Shown here: piece after piece, positions 29,270-38,931 of the stretch
Position numbering within the stretch: the stretch's first letter is position 1
Layout of the letters: each line of letters starts with the position of its first letter
Source of the DNA: Candidatus Micrarchaeia archaeon
GTDB taxonomy: Archaea; Micrarchaeota; Micrarchaeia; CAILAH01
Assembly (NCBI GenBank): GCA_038874595.1
Contig: JAVZCB010000005.1
Location: 17,594 to 81,593 of the forward strand
Direction of reading: 5' to 3'
Length of the DNA stretch: 64,000 nt
Notes under the pieces: generated by a model
Database searches by the model: none
Seen by the model: the letters and a program-made list of their open reading frames with translations, nothing else
Told to the model about the DNA's origin: nothing
Program-made: the position numbers and the translations under genes

Positions 29270-31405
29270 ATGGAATTAAAGTGGGTGCTACTATCCTTTA
29301 TGTTTATCTTATCGCTCATGGTTATTGTAAATGCTGCAGATTGTCCTACACCTATAAGCGCCCCGGGCACGTATGTTATGAGTGAAGATTATGCTGGCGC
29401 GCCTTATAGTGATCCGATTGTGGATGGAAAAGCGTGTGTAAAAATCACTTCAAGTGATGTCATATTTGACTGCAACAACCACTATATACACAACAATGGA
29501 ACTGCTGGATTAACTTATGGTATTCTGGTTGTCAGCAATTTACCAGTAACAAACGTAACAATAAAAAATTGCCGCGGGATTTATGATTATACCGATGGGA
29601 TATATTTTCACGAAACACAAAACTCGCGAATTGAAAAAGTAGTTTCAAATAATAACGGTAATGGTTTTGTGGTTAATGGTGGCCAAAACAATACTATTTT
29701 CAATAACACTGTGCACTCAAACGAATATGGGATTTCAATATTGAGCTCATCGAAGAATATTGTTGAGAAAAATTACATATATTCACAAAAAGAAGGGGTG
29801 ATTATAACCCTCTCAACAAAAAACACAGTCAAGGATAATAAAATCTATAATAACGTAATTAATGGGATATCCCTAACTTTGTTATCTATGTATAACAACC
29901 TCACAGGAAACACACTTGAGAACAATGGGATACGGGGAGTATATGCAGAACTTGCCTCACACCACAACTATGTCTACAATAATTCAGCAAAAGGAGGGAC
30001 ATGGGGATTTAGGTTTACCTCTTCCGGTAATACCACGCTTATAAAAAACACTGCTAGTGAAAGCATAGTAGGATTTCTTGTTGAGCAAAGCGAGAACTGC
30101 ACCCTAAAAAACAACATTGCCATAAGAAATTCTGATACTGGTTTTGCGGTGGGACAACTATCACACAGGACAAAGATGGAAAACAACACTGGCTATGGCT
30201 CGGATAATGGGCTTTATATTGATACAAGCAATAATGTGGTTGTTGACACGTTTACCACATACAACAACGATTTGTACGGGATATATATACTAGATTCTTA
30301 CGGGGCGCAGATTAAAAACGTGCACGTGTACAACAGCTCAACAGAGTTCTATGCAGAGTCAGGAGGTGTTACAACTTCCATTAGTGTTACAAACATCACG
30401 ATAGATAATCCAAACGGCGGGTTTGTCAACAAGACGGTCCTTAACATATTTGATACCATAAATAACGGTGAAGAGCTTGCAATTAAGTGGGTGAGGAACA
30501 CATATCCCCTACCACCCGGCAAATCTTCGTTTGAAGGCAAGTTCCTTAATATTAGCGGCGTTGCATCCATAAACAAGATAGAATGGCTCTGGACGCTGAG
30601 TGAATCCAGCGGGTACGATGAGGAATCGTTTGAGCTCGCAAAATATAGCGGCTCGGGATGGTCACGCGTAAGTGCAACTCTTGATATTGTACTGCATAAA
30701 ATGACTGTGTACAATTTACTGCCTGCGAGCATATACGGGATTCTTGGTAATGGTAGCACACTAAACTACACAATTGCGGACATATACCGCGCAAACGTAA
30801 CAAACAGGACAAGCCTGGCAAGATGGAGTGGTACTGGCGAGGCAGGGAGGGCAAATATTGAAGGAGGCAACATCAGCGACCTGAACTTAAGCTCAAGAAC
30901 ACTTACAGACAGATGGGCTGCTTTCTATGGTGATATTGTAGGTAGTATTTATCTTACAACCAATGCAGGAGGCCTTTCTAATTATGTTTATATGTGGAAC
31001 TGGGCGCCTGCATACGGTGGTACTGTATGCGCATCAACTAATTCATCGATGTTAAGCATAAATGTGACAGGCGCAAGCGGCAGGGATGTTGATGGTGCGT
31101 GGGGTTTTGGGGATGCGGCTGATAACGGGAGGAACACGTTTGTCGGGCTAGGGTGTGATATCTTGCTTGGAAGCGCAAACGTAACCGGTGCGGACTTTGC
31201 AGACACTGGTGCAGCTGGTGGTTTCAGGACGTGTGCACTCAAGACAAAAAAATCCCCTTCAAAAAGCAATATGCTGTTTTGTACGCGTATAGATGCAAAT
31301 GGTGCGGCCTTTGATAATACACCTGCAAACTTTGAGATTATTGTTCCTACTGCTTTTGGTAATGGTGTGTTTGAGACATACTATTTCTATGCTGCTTTTG
31401 ATTAA
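29270..31405 (+). CDS. Secreted right-handed beta-helix (PbH1) repeat protein
   Basis: N-terminal signal peptide; repeated N-x-I/V beta-helix rungs; many N-glycosylation sequons. Confidence 0.6.
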   Translation: MELKWVLLSFMFILSLMVIVNAADCPTPISAPGTYVMSEDYAGAPYSDPIVDGKACVKITSSDVIFDCNNHYIHNNGTAGLTYGILVVSNLPVTNVTIKNCRGIYDYTDGIYFHETQNSRIEKVVSNNNGNGFVVNGGQNNTIFNNTVHSNEYGISILSSSKNIVEKNYIYSQKEGVIITLSTKNTVKDNKIYNNVINGISLTLLSMYNNLTGNTLENNGIRGVYAELASHHNYVYNNSAKGGTWGFRFTSSGNTTLIKNTASESIVGFLVEQSENCTLKNNIAIRNSDTGFAVGQLSHRTKMENNTGYGSDNGLYIDTSNNVVVDTFTTYNNDLYGIYILDSYGAQIKNVHVYNSSTEFYAESGGVTTSISVTNITIDNPNGGFVNKTVLNIFDTINNGEELAIKWVRNTYPLPPGKSSFEGKFLNISGVASINKIEWLWTLSESSGYDEESFELAKYSGSGWSRVSATLDIVLHKMTVYNLLPASIYGILGNGSTLNYTIADIYRANVTNRTSLARWSGTGEAGRANIEGGNISDLNLSSRTLTDRWAAFYGDIVGSIYLTTNAGGLSNYVYMWNWAPAYGGTVCASTNSSMLSINVTGASGRDVDGAWGFGDAADNGRNTFVGLGCDILLGSANVTGADFADTGAAGGFRTCALKTKKSPSKSNMLFCTRIDANGAAFDNTPANFEIIVPTAFGNGVFETYYFYAAFD

Positions 31406-31533
31406 GCGCTGGCAATTAACAAGAATGCTTTGCATAGGTTATCTTCTTTTGACTTTAGGCAAATACTGGCAATTGGAAACCCACTTCCAAAAGCGCAATA
31501 TATACCCTTACCAAAATCACTAGTGGTGGTAAT

Positions 31534-31644
31534 ATGCGAATGGGTGTGGAAGGAATAAGAGTGAAAGACCTTGCAAAGATGCTCAGTGAGAAAGCGGATG
31601 TTGTGTTTGAGAGAAAGACGGGTGTTACTGCTGTGCTGATATGA
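31534..31644 (+). CDS. Possible small protein (36 aa)
   Basis: ATG preceded by GGTGGT about 6 nt upstream; below the ORF track size cutoff; no homology evidence. Confidence 0.2.
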   Translation: MRMGVEGIRVKDLAKMLSEKADVVFERKTGVTAVLI

Positions 31645-31699
31645 GCTGAGAGTGCCTGTAAAAAGATAAGCATATAGTATTTGCGAGGGAAAAGGGGTT

Positions 31700-32164
31700 A
31701 TGCCAAATGCGCTTGCGCACGTACTTGGTGGAGCGGTGGTTGGGGTACTACTGGCAGCAACAGCCGCGGGAAGTGTTGAGGAAAAGGTTCTTTGTGGCTT
31801 CATAGCAATTGGGGCTTCACTGCTCCCGGATATAGACCATCCACAGGGGACTGCAAGAAAAACGTACAGGAAAATTGGGTTGGGTGCAGGTGCAATATTA
31901 TCGTTTGTATTTTTGCTTTCAATTGGGGTAAGCTTGCCTGCTGCTATTTTTGGGGGAATTATAATGGGTATATTGCTCTTAGGGGTGAGCGAGCTTCTTA
32001 TTCCCAGGCATAGGGGGATTATACACTCCTGGAAGTTTGCATTACTGCTTGGGATTGTGGTGTATGCCGTACTACTCCTGCTTAATATAAAAAGCGCAAT
32101 TGTGCTTGCATTCGCATTCTTTACTGGATACATATCACACCTTATCCTGGATTATGCATTTTAG
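31700..32164 (+). CDS. Membrane-bound metal-dependent hydrolase (YdjM/DUF457-like)
   Basis: Small polytopic membrane protein with conserved DH and H residues. Confidence 0.5.
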   Translation: MPNALAHVLGGAVVGVLLAATAAGSVEEKVLCGFIAIGASLLPDIDHPQGTARKTYRKIGLGAGAILSFVFLLSIGVSLPAAIFGGIIMGILLLGVSELLIPRHRGIIHSWKFALLLGIVVYAVLLLLNIKSAIVLAFAFFTGYISHLILDYAF

Positions 32165-32220
32165 GGTGCATGCATTATTTTAGAGCTTTACCAATTATCA
32201 TAAGATGAGTGTATAGAGGA

Positions 32221-33978
32221 TTACTTTACGTGGTAATAGTAATTGCCAACCTCGCGCTGCTCGCGGTCGAGCACCGACCCTTCTTTGTTTATCTTTGGGC
32301 GCAGTGTCTCCTTATCCCTCCTAAGGGTTATGCCAAGCTCTTTGAGGAATGAGTTCATTGCATCAACCTTATCGAGGGGTGAAGATGCATTTCCACTAAT
32401 GGAAGGCTGGCCTGAAAACTGTATTAGCCTGCTCGCAATTGAATCAATGAACACGAGGTCGTGGTCAACCACAAGTGCAACCTTCTCCTTCTCGGAAATG
32501 TCACGCTTAATTATCGTGGAAAGGCGCATGCGCTGCTCAATATCAAGGAATGCCGATGGCTCGTCAAAGAGGTATATATCTGCATCAGCAGAGAGCGTAT
32601 ATGCAATCGCTAGCCTCTGCATCTCACCACCAGAGAGGTTGGGAACGCGCTTGAATAGCAAGTGCTCCAGCTCGAACTCCTTAATATACGACTGGTCTAT
32701 TTTGTTTTTAAGCAAGAACTCCTGTACCGTGCCTTCAAACCCAAGGTCAATGTATTGCGGCTTGTAAGACACAGTCAGGCCTGTGGGCGCATTGCCATTA
32801 TCTGGTTTCTCAACACCTGCAATAAGCTTTATGAATGTGGATTTGCCGATTGCGTTTGGCCCGACAATACCTATAACCTCACCACGCCGCGCGTCACCAC
32901 CTGAAACTTTGAGCTTGAACCTGCCCAGGGATTTTTCCATTGAGTCATATACAAACAGCACTTTCTTTGATACTTCTGATGTGGAGAACAGCTCAATGCG
33001 GAGGGCACGCTCCCTGAACCTGACATTCTCCTCGCGGAGGTACCCCTCCATAAACTCGTTTATGCCGGCCCGCGCATTCTTTATGCCGCTTACCACTCCA
33101 TAAACGCCCGGCTCGCCGTAAAGCACGTATGCATAATCTGCAAGATAATCAAGAAGTGCAAGGTCGTGCTCAACAACAATCACCGGTTTTGACTGTGAAA
33201 GAAATGCAATCTCGCGTGCCACGCGCATCCTTTCGTATATATCAAGGTATATGGACGGCTCATCAAAGAAATACAGGGATGCTTCCCTAAGCATTGCAGC
33301 TGCAATTGCCACTTTCTGCAGCTCGCCACCGCTCAAAGAGGAGAGCTTTGACTTAATAAACCCTCCCATATTAAGCCGGTCTGAGATTGAAGCGCGCTTG
33401 TTGCCACTGTCAAACTCTGCAAGCACCTCTTCAACAGTGCTGTTCGGAGCAAGGCGGGCAAGAAGCTCAACATTCTGGACCTTATAGCTGATTTTATACC
33501 CTCCAGATTTGACCTGCTCAAAATAGTTCTTTAGCTCCCTGTGTGCTGTTCTTGAGATCACCTCATCAATCGTGAGCTTTTTTGAGAAATCCATAAAGTT
33601 AGGGAGCAGCTTGGCAGACATAATTTCAAGTAATGTTGTCTTACCTATGCCGTTACGGCCAATAAGCGCCACTACACCTGACTGCTTAGGTAGTGCAAAG
33701 TTGTAAAGGCGAAAAGAGTTCACACCATACTGAAAGATAGGCTCGCCTGCCTCACCTGCAAGGTTTATTACGCGTATCGCTGAAACAGGGCATTTCTTTG
33801 GGCACAGGCCGCACCCGGTACACAGCACTTCATCTATTACAGGAAACCCCTTATCATCAATAACAATAGCATCTTTCCCCATCCTGACTGGGGGGCATAT
33901 GCTCCTGCATAAGTAACCACACTTCTCACGTATGCATTTTCCCCTGTCTATCACAGCTATCCTTCTTGGTGCTGGCAT
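32221..33978 (-). CDS. abce1: ABCE1 / RNase L inhibitor-like ribosome recycling ATPase
   Basis: N-terminal 4Fe-4S cysteine clusters followed by twin ABC ATPase domains. Confidence 0.9.
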   Translation of the reverse strand: MPAPRRIAVIDRGKCIREKCGYLCRSICPPVRMGKDAIVIDDKGFPVIDEVLCTGCGLCPKKCPVSAIRVINLAGEAGEPIFQYGVNSFRLYNFALPKQSGVVALIGRNGIGKTTLLEIMSAKLLPNFMDFSKKLTIDEVISRTAHRELKNYFEQVKSGGYKISYKVQNVELLARLAPNSTVEEVLAEFDSGNKRASISDRLNMGGFIKSKLSSLSGGELQKVAIAAAMLREASLYFFDEPSIYLDIYERMRVAREIAFLSQSKPVIVVEHDLALLDYLADYAYVLYGEPGVYGVVSGIKNARAGINEFMEGYLREENVRFRERALRIELFSTSEVSKKVLFVYDSMEKSLGRFKLKVSGGDARRGEVIGIVGPNAIGKSTFIKLIAGVEKPDNGNAPTGLTVSYKPQYIDLGFEGTVQEFLLKNKIDQSYIKEFELEHLLFKRVPNLSGGEMQRLAIAYTLSADADIYLFDEPSAFLDIEQRMRLSTIIKRDISEKEKVALVVDHDLVFIDSIASRLIQFSGQPSISGNASSPLDKVDAMNSFLKELGITLRRDKETLRPKINKEGSVLDREQREVGNYYYHVK

Positions 33979-34029
33979 GGTGGATATTAAGCTGGCAAGC
34001 TATTTATTAAATTTGCACATATTGTTTAC

Positions 34030-34584
34030 ATGGAGTTCTGCAAAGGATGTGATTATTCCTGCTGTGGTTATTATAGCATTCCACTAAGTGCAGTAGACAT
34101 ATTTATCATACTATCGCACGGGTGGAATGACTTCTTTTATGTTTGTGAAAAGGAGGTGGATGACGGTTACTGCTTCAGGATTAATGGCAAGTTATATGGG
34201 TTTATGATGAAAAGGCGCATACAGGGAGGGTGCGTTTTTATGAGGGAAGGTGGTGAATACGGCTGCGGCATACATCCATACAAGCCAAGCGTATGTGCAG
34301 TGTACCCTTTCGTGGTGGAAGAAGGCAAAATAAAAATGATGGATAACAGGATATGTGCAAAAGATAGAATACCAACTGAAAAAGACCTTGCAGAAGCACA
34401 GACATCTATAGAGGCATATAATTATGAGTGGGACCTTCATAAGAAGATTGCGGAAAGGTGGAACAAGTCTTTCCTGTCAAAGTACGGCTGGCCTGGCCTA
34501 ATCATTGGATATGTTATAATGCAGATGCTTATATGGAATATTGCAGTAAAATTAGGAAGATTAAAAGTAGATAATGCAAATTAA
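34030..34584 (+). CDS. YkgJ-family cysteine-cluster protein
   Basis: CKGCDYSCC (CxxCxxCC) motif near the N-terminus. Confidence 0.6.
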   Translation: MEFCKGCDYSCCGYYSIPLSAVDIFIILSHGWNDFFYVCEKEVDDGYCFRINGKLYGFMMKRRIQGGCVFMREGGEYGCGIHPYKPSVCAVYPFVVEEGKIKMMDNRICAKDRIPTEKDLAEAQTSIEAYNYEWDLHKKIAERWNKSFLSKYGWPGLIIGYVIMQMLIWNIAVKLGRLKVDNAN

Positions 34585-34597
34585 AACAGGTGCAATA

Positions 34598-35623
34598 ATG
34601 AGGGCGGATATCAACAGGAAAGAAGGTGTGGTTTCGCTTGTTCCGGAAACCGCTGAGGATTTATGGTGTACTTATAAATTAATAACGCCAGGCACGGTTG
34701 TAAAATCACACAGCACGAGGAAGTACAAGCCGCAGGGCAGCAATAGGGAGGAAAGGATAAGTGTTAATATTACCATTGAGGTTGAGAAGTGCGAGCTGCA
34801 CAAGGATTCCGGTAGGCTGCGGGCGACTGGCAAAATCCTGGAAATACGTCCTGAGGATATAGCGCCTGTTGGATCACATCATACAATTGAAATAGAAATC
34901 GGCGAGCAGGTCAGGATAATCAAGGAATGGAAGGATTTTGAGCTTGATATGCTGCGTGATGCTGTCAAGGCAAGCAGGAGAAATATCATAAGCATAGTCC
35001 TAATTGATTATGACAAGGCGATGTTTGCCTCGCTCAAGCAATATGGCATTGAATTCGGGCTTGAGCTGCATAATACCTCATCCAAAAAAGACAAGAATAT
35101 AGAGACAGGTGGCTTTTTCAGTGAGATTGCTGGCGAGCTTGAGAAGATTGAGGGCACAATAATTATTGGTGGGCCTGGGTTTGCAAAGGATAACTTTTAT
35201 GCATACTTAAAAAATGAAAAGCCGGACATTGCAAAACGCGTTAAAGTTGTTTCGGCATCAAACAATGAGCGCAGTGGTGTATATGAGCTGCTGAAGAGCG
35301 AGGAAATGCACCGCATACTTGAAAATGAGCAGATGCACACGGTGTTCAGGGATATTGAGAGGTTCTTAGGCAGTGCTGGCCGCGGTGATGGGCTTTCAGC
35401 ATATGGCAGGGAAGAGCTACTCAGGGCAGCTGAAAGCAGTGCTATTGACGTGCTGATTATACTTGACACAAACCTGTGGGGGGATGCTTTTTACGAAAAG
35501 CTTGTTGATGAGGTTAAGGCACACGGAGGCAACATACGCATCGTACCATCTGAAAGCCAGGCTGCAGAGCAGGTAAAGGCATTTGGCGGTGCAATTGCAC
35601 TGCTAAGGTATAAGATACAATAA
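34598..35623 (+). CDS. pelA: Pelota (Dom34 homolog), ribosome rescue factor
   Basis: MRADINRKEGVVSLVPE N-terminus and eRF1-like domains; start placed at the ATG at 34598 (track start 34574 overlaps the previous gene). Confidence 0.85.
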   Translation: MRADINRKEGVVSLVPETAEDLWCTYKLITPGTVVKSHSTRKYKPQGSNREERISVNITIEVEKCELHKDSGRLRATGKILEIRPEDIAPVGSHHTIEIEIGEQVRIIKEWKDFELDMLRDAVKASRRNIISIVLIDYDKAMFASLKQYGIEFGLELHNTSSKKDKNIETGGFFSEIAGELEKIEGTIIIGGPGFAKDNFYAYLKNEKPDIAKRVKVVSASNNERSGVYELLKSEEMHRILENEQMHTVFRDIERFLGSAGRGDGLSAYGREELLRAAESSAIDVLIILDTNLWGDAFYEKLVDEVKAHGGNIRIVPSESQAAEQVKAFGGAIALLRYKIQ

Positions 35624-35702
35624 AAACATAAAAGAGGAAAACGTGCCGCAGTTATAAAACCTACTTTTTGCTTATATGTTGGCCTGAAGGTATAAAGCAT
35701 AT

Positions 35703-36131
35703 TTAGTCATTTTTAATACCTTCAGTTGGCAGTTTGTGTGCTGAAAAGCCGCTTTCACCTTCAATATCCTTCTCTGTTCCCAGAAGAAGGACACCTGAAA
35801 GGACAAGCTCGCTCAACGCTGATGACATCGCCTGCACCACTGGGTCGGAAATGTCAAGCTTCTGATGGCGTATGAACTTCACAAAAAGAGGCTTCACCTC
35901 TTCCTCGGTGTAATGTGCCCTATTCCTATCAAACCTATCTCTACTTCTGTTCATCTCCCTAACCACGTGTTTCAAGAAGCCATCAATACTAAACGTAAGC
36001 AGCTTCTCCCCACCCGTGGTATACAGCTTAAGCTGGAACTTGTCCTGCGCACGAAGCCTTTCCGGCTGTGAGAACTTTCCATTGTTTACCTTGTGGTGTA
36101 TTACAAACGGGGACATCAAATCACTTAGCAT
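35703..36131 (-). CDS. Hypothetical protein (142 aa)
   Basis: ORF only. Confidence 0.35.
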   Translation of the reverse strand: MLSDLMSPFVIHHKVNNGKFSQPERLRAQDKFQLKLYTTGGEKLLTFSIDGFLKHVVREMNRSRDRFDRNRAHYTEEEVKPLFVKFIRHQKLDISDPVVQAMSSALSELVLSGVLLLGTEKDIEGESGFSAHKLPTEGIKND

Positions 36132-36217
36132 AGTTATTATTAATAAACTTTTCTATTCCTGGCAGTTGGTTTTTTGCCGCATTCTCAAATAAAAGCATTC
36201 ATATATAATATCCATCC

Positions 36218-37294
36218 ATGCGTATACATTTTATGATAAACGGTGTTGGGCAGGGACATGTATACAGGACACTTCCTATTATGAAACAGCTTGCAAAAAG
36301 GCATAAGATAACTGCTTCCTCATTTGGGGACGCCCTGCGCATACTTGAGGAAAACGGATACCCTGGTGCATACGAGCTAAAGCCATTCGGTGATGTTGTT
36401 GCACAAGGCTTTAAAGTAAACATAAAACAGAGCCTCCTGGATAATGCAAAAAAGCTTGGGCCGGGCCTCATAAAAAGGACAAGTGATATCATAACAGACT
36501 GCAGGGCAGATGTTGTGGTTGTAGATGGGTACCTGCTTGGGTTGTTCGTAGCAAAAATGCTCAGAAAAAGCACCGTAACAATCGCAAATTGCACAAAGCT
36601 GTGGTATGTGTTCCCAAAAATAAGCAATATCGTTGAAAGTGGCTCTGATATATTCTCAAAAAGTGTTGTTGACAGCTCCGATATAATAATCGTGCCTGAT
36701 TTCACGCCGCCGTTTGACTTCTCGCGTGATAACCTAAGTTATTTCGGCAGTGCCAGGAAGTTCCATTTTGTTGGGCCAACGTCACTTATTGCTGAGGACA
36801 AAAAAGGCAGGAGACCGCTTGTAAGTGTCGGTGGGACACGGATGCAGCATAAAAGCTTTGAGCATATCGCTGAGCTTCTTGATAAAATGGGGTACAACCC
36901 AATAATGGCAGATGGCCACCTAAGCGAGGAGGATATGGCTAGTGCTATTGCACAGGCACCGTTTGCTGTAGTCCACGGCGGCCATACAACCATCATGAAT
37001 GCTGTGAGCGCAAACACGCCGGTAATCTCAATCCCATTAAAGGGATATACTGAACGGGTGAACAATGCACAGGGTGCTGAAAGGGCCGGATGTGGTGTTG
37101 TGCTCGACCCTGAATTTATAGATTTGGATGTTTTGAAAATTGCAATAGGTAAAATTAGGTCAAACTACATAAGGGAAACAACAACCCTGTTCTCCCACAC
37201 TGCACACGCTATGGAAGGGCATAGAAAGGCCGCGGCGCTGATAGAGAAATTAGAGGAAAAAACGATACAAAAAAAGCGCCATAAAATATTCTAA
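36218..37294 (+). CDS. GT1-family glycosyltransferase
   Basis: N-terminal GVGQGHV and C-terminal HGGHTT...P...P nucleotide-sugar binding motif. Confidence 0.7.
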   Translation: MRIHFMINGVGQGHVYRTLPIMKQLAKRHKITASSFGDALRILEENGYPGAYELKPFGDVVAQGFKVNIKQSLLDNAKKLGPGLIKRTSDIITDCRADVVVVDGYLLGLFVAKMLRKSTVTIANCTKLWYVFPKISNIVESGSDIFSKSVVDSSDIIIVPDFTPPFDFSRDNLSYFGSARKFHFVGPTSLIAEDKKGRRPLVSVGGTRMQHKSFEHIAELLDKMGYNPIMADGHLSEEDMASAIAQAPFAVVHGGHTTIMNAVSANTPVISIPLKGYTERVNNAQGAERAGCGVVLDPEFIDLDVLKIAIGKIRSNYIRETTTLFSHTAHAMEGHRKAAALIEKLEEKTIQKKRHKIF

Positions 37295-38572
37295 CTAACT
37301 GCTTCTGGTTCTCTTGGCACCTGTCCTGCCGGTAATGCTCCCTGGTTTTGGTTTGAAAAATATCATCAGTAATGCCGCAAGCAGTGAAGCTGCACCCCCA
37401 AATATGAATGTTGCCTCTGGAGATACAACTTTCCAAAGGTATCCTGCAATAACGCTTGAAGGCAATGCTGCAATCCCGATAGCCATCTGGAACATGCCCA
37501 TTGCTGTGCCCCTTAAGTTTGTTGGGGAAAGGTCAGAAGCATACGCTTTCTGCACTCCTATAAATGCTGCTGTGGATATTCCATAAAGCACGAATAACAG
37601 CAACATCGCGCTTGTAGAATTAAGAATTGCAAAGCCGAACAGTATTGCAGCAAACACAACATAGGATATTATGAGAATTGCCCGCTTGCCTATCCTATCC
37701 GCATATTTACCAATCGGATATGAAAATGCCGCCTGGAATATGTTGTAAACGATATATAATAGTATTGAAATGAGCAGCCCTTCTGTGAGGCCGGCTTTCA
37801 TTATAAAAAACATATAGCTGAAATTTGCAAGTGTAAACACCGCTGTTATTCCGGTAAATACCAGCATATCACGCGGCAGCGCCTTCACAGCCGAAAGAAA
37901 ATTATACTCTTTGCCGGTTGGCTTAAACTTTGGCTCTTTCACGAGTACAAGAGGGATTACTGAAAGTATTGCAATAATCCCAGCAAATGCAATTATGAGA
38001 GAATACTCACTTAATGTGGGCTGGGTGAATACATACATTAGCAGAAGAAGAACTGCAACTGAACCAAAAATTGCACCTACCGTATCAAGTGCCTGGTGCA
38101 GTCCAAAGCCCGCACCGCTCTTATTAGGCAGGAACTGGCTTATCATTGCATCGCGCGGTGCATCACGCATGCCCTTGCCCACGCGCTCCAATGATGCCGC
38201 ACCAAGAGCAAGAAAGGGTGATGGTGCAAAAGCCAGGAAAAACTTGAACAAGGCGGAGGTTATATAACCTGCATAAACAAACACCTTTCTTTTACCTATC
38301 TTATCAGATATATACCCAAATAAAATCTTCAGAAAGCTTGTTATTGAATCCCTTATCCCCCCTACAAGCCCTATCAGGACGGAATCGCCACCAAGTGCTG
38401 CAAGGAAAAAAGGTAGTATGGGCATTATCATCTCACTGCTGAAATCGTTTAGGAAGCTGACTACACCAAGCAGTGTTATGTTCTTCACACCTTCTTTCTC
38501 TTTTTTAGGTACATTCGCTTTCTGATTCATAATACAAAATAAGATGAAAAAGCTTAAATTGTGCCATGGCAT
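37295..38572 (-). CDS. MFS transporter
   Basis: About 12 predicted TM helices and MFS signature loops. Confidence 0.8.
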   Translation of the reverse strand: MPWHNLSFFILFCIMNQKANVPKKEKEGVKNITLLGVVSFLNDFSSEMIMPILPFFLAALGGDSVLIGLVGGIRDSITSFLKILFGYISDKIGKRKVFVYAGYITSALFKFFLAFAPSPFLALGAASLERVGKGMRDAPRDAMISQFLPNKSGAGFGLHQALDTVGAIFGSVAVLLLLMYVFTQPTLSEYSLIIAFAGIIAILSVIPLVLVKEPKFKPTGKEYNFLSAVKALPRDMLVFTGITAVFTLANFSYMFFIMKAGLTEGLLISILLYIVYNIFQAAFSYPIGKYADRIGKRAILIISYVVFAAILFGFAILNSTSAMLLLFVLYGISTAAFIGVQKAYASDLSPTNLRGTAMGMFQMAIGIAALPSSVIAGYLWKVVSPEATFIFGGAASLLAALLMIFFKPKPGSITGRTGAKRTRSS

Positions 38573-38580
38573 TAATATTG

Positions 38581-38921
38581 TGAGCGGTTGGTGGGCAGCT
38601 TACGGTGCCTTTCTTTGGTGCAGCTTTCTTTAGAAAGCTGGGAACTTGATAAGCTCCTGTACACCAAAAGAAAGGTACTGAGGAAGGTCCACCCACGCAG
38701 AGCTCTGACTGCATTAATATTGCAGATGGGGGAACAGAAACGGTACCCTCCCCGCCTTATGGGATGAGGATAACGACTTCGGTGGGATAAGGGATGAAAC
38801 GGCCTCCTGTGCAGGGCTGTGAGCGTGCAAGCCCTTTCGGGCGCTTAGACAAATGCTGCCAAGATGAGCATATCCATAAGGAAGTGCATCTTACAGAAGG
38901 TGGCCTACAACCAGCCGCTCA
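38581..38921 (+). ncRNA. rnpB: RNase P RNA (candidate)
   Basis: 10-bp terminal helix UGAGCGGUUG (38581-38590) with CAGCCGCUCA (38912-38921); CR-I-like GAGGAAGGUCCACCC (38680-38694); CR-V-like ACAGAAGGUGGCCUA (38893-38907); these form a P4-like pairing with a bulged U. Confidence 0.7.
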
Positions 38922-38931
38922 TTAAAAATAA

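Noticed and set aside
38573-38931. Structured region as a riboswitch in the MFS transporter leader, or as SRP RNA
   Set aside because: The terminal helix plus P4-like CR-I/CR-V motifs fit RNase P RNA on the plus strand; the MFS gene is on the opposite strand and the SRP helix 8 AGCAG-type motif was not found.
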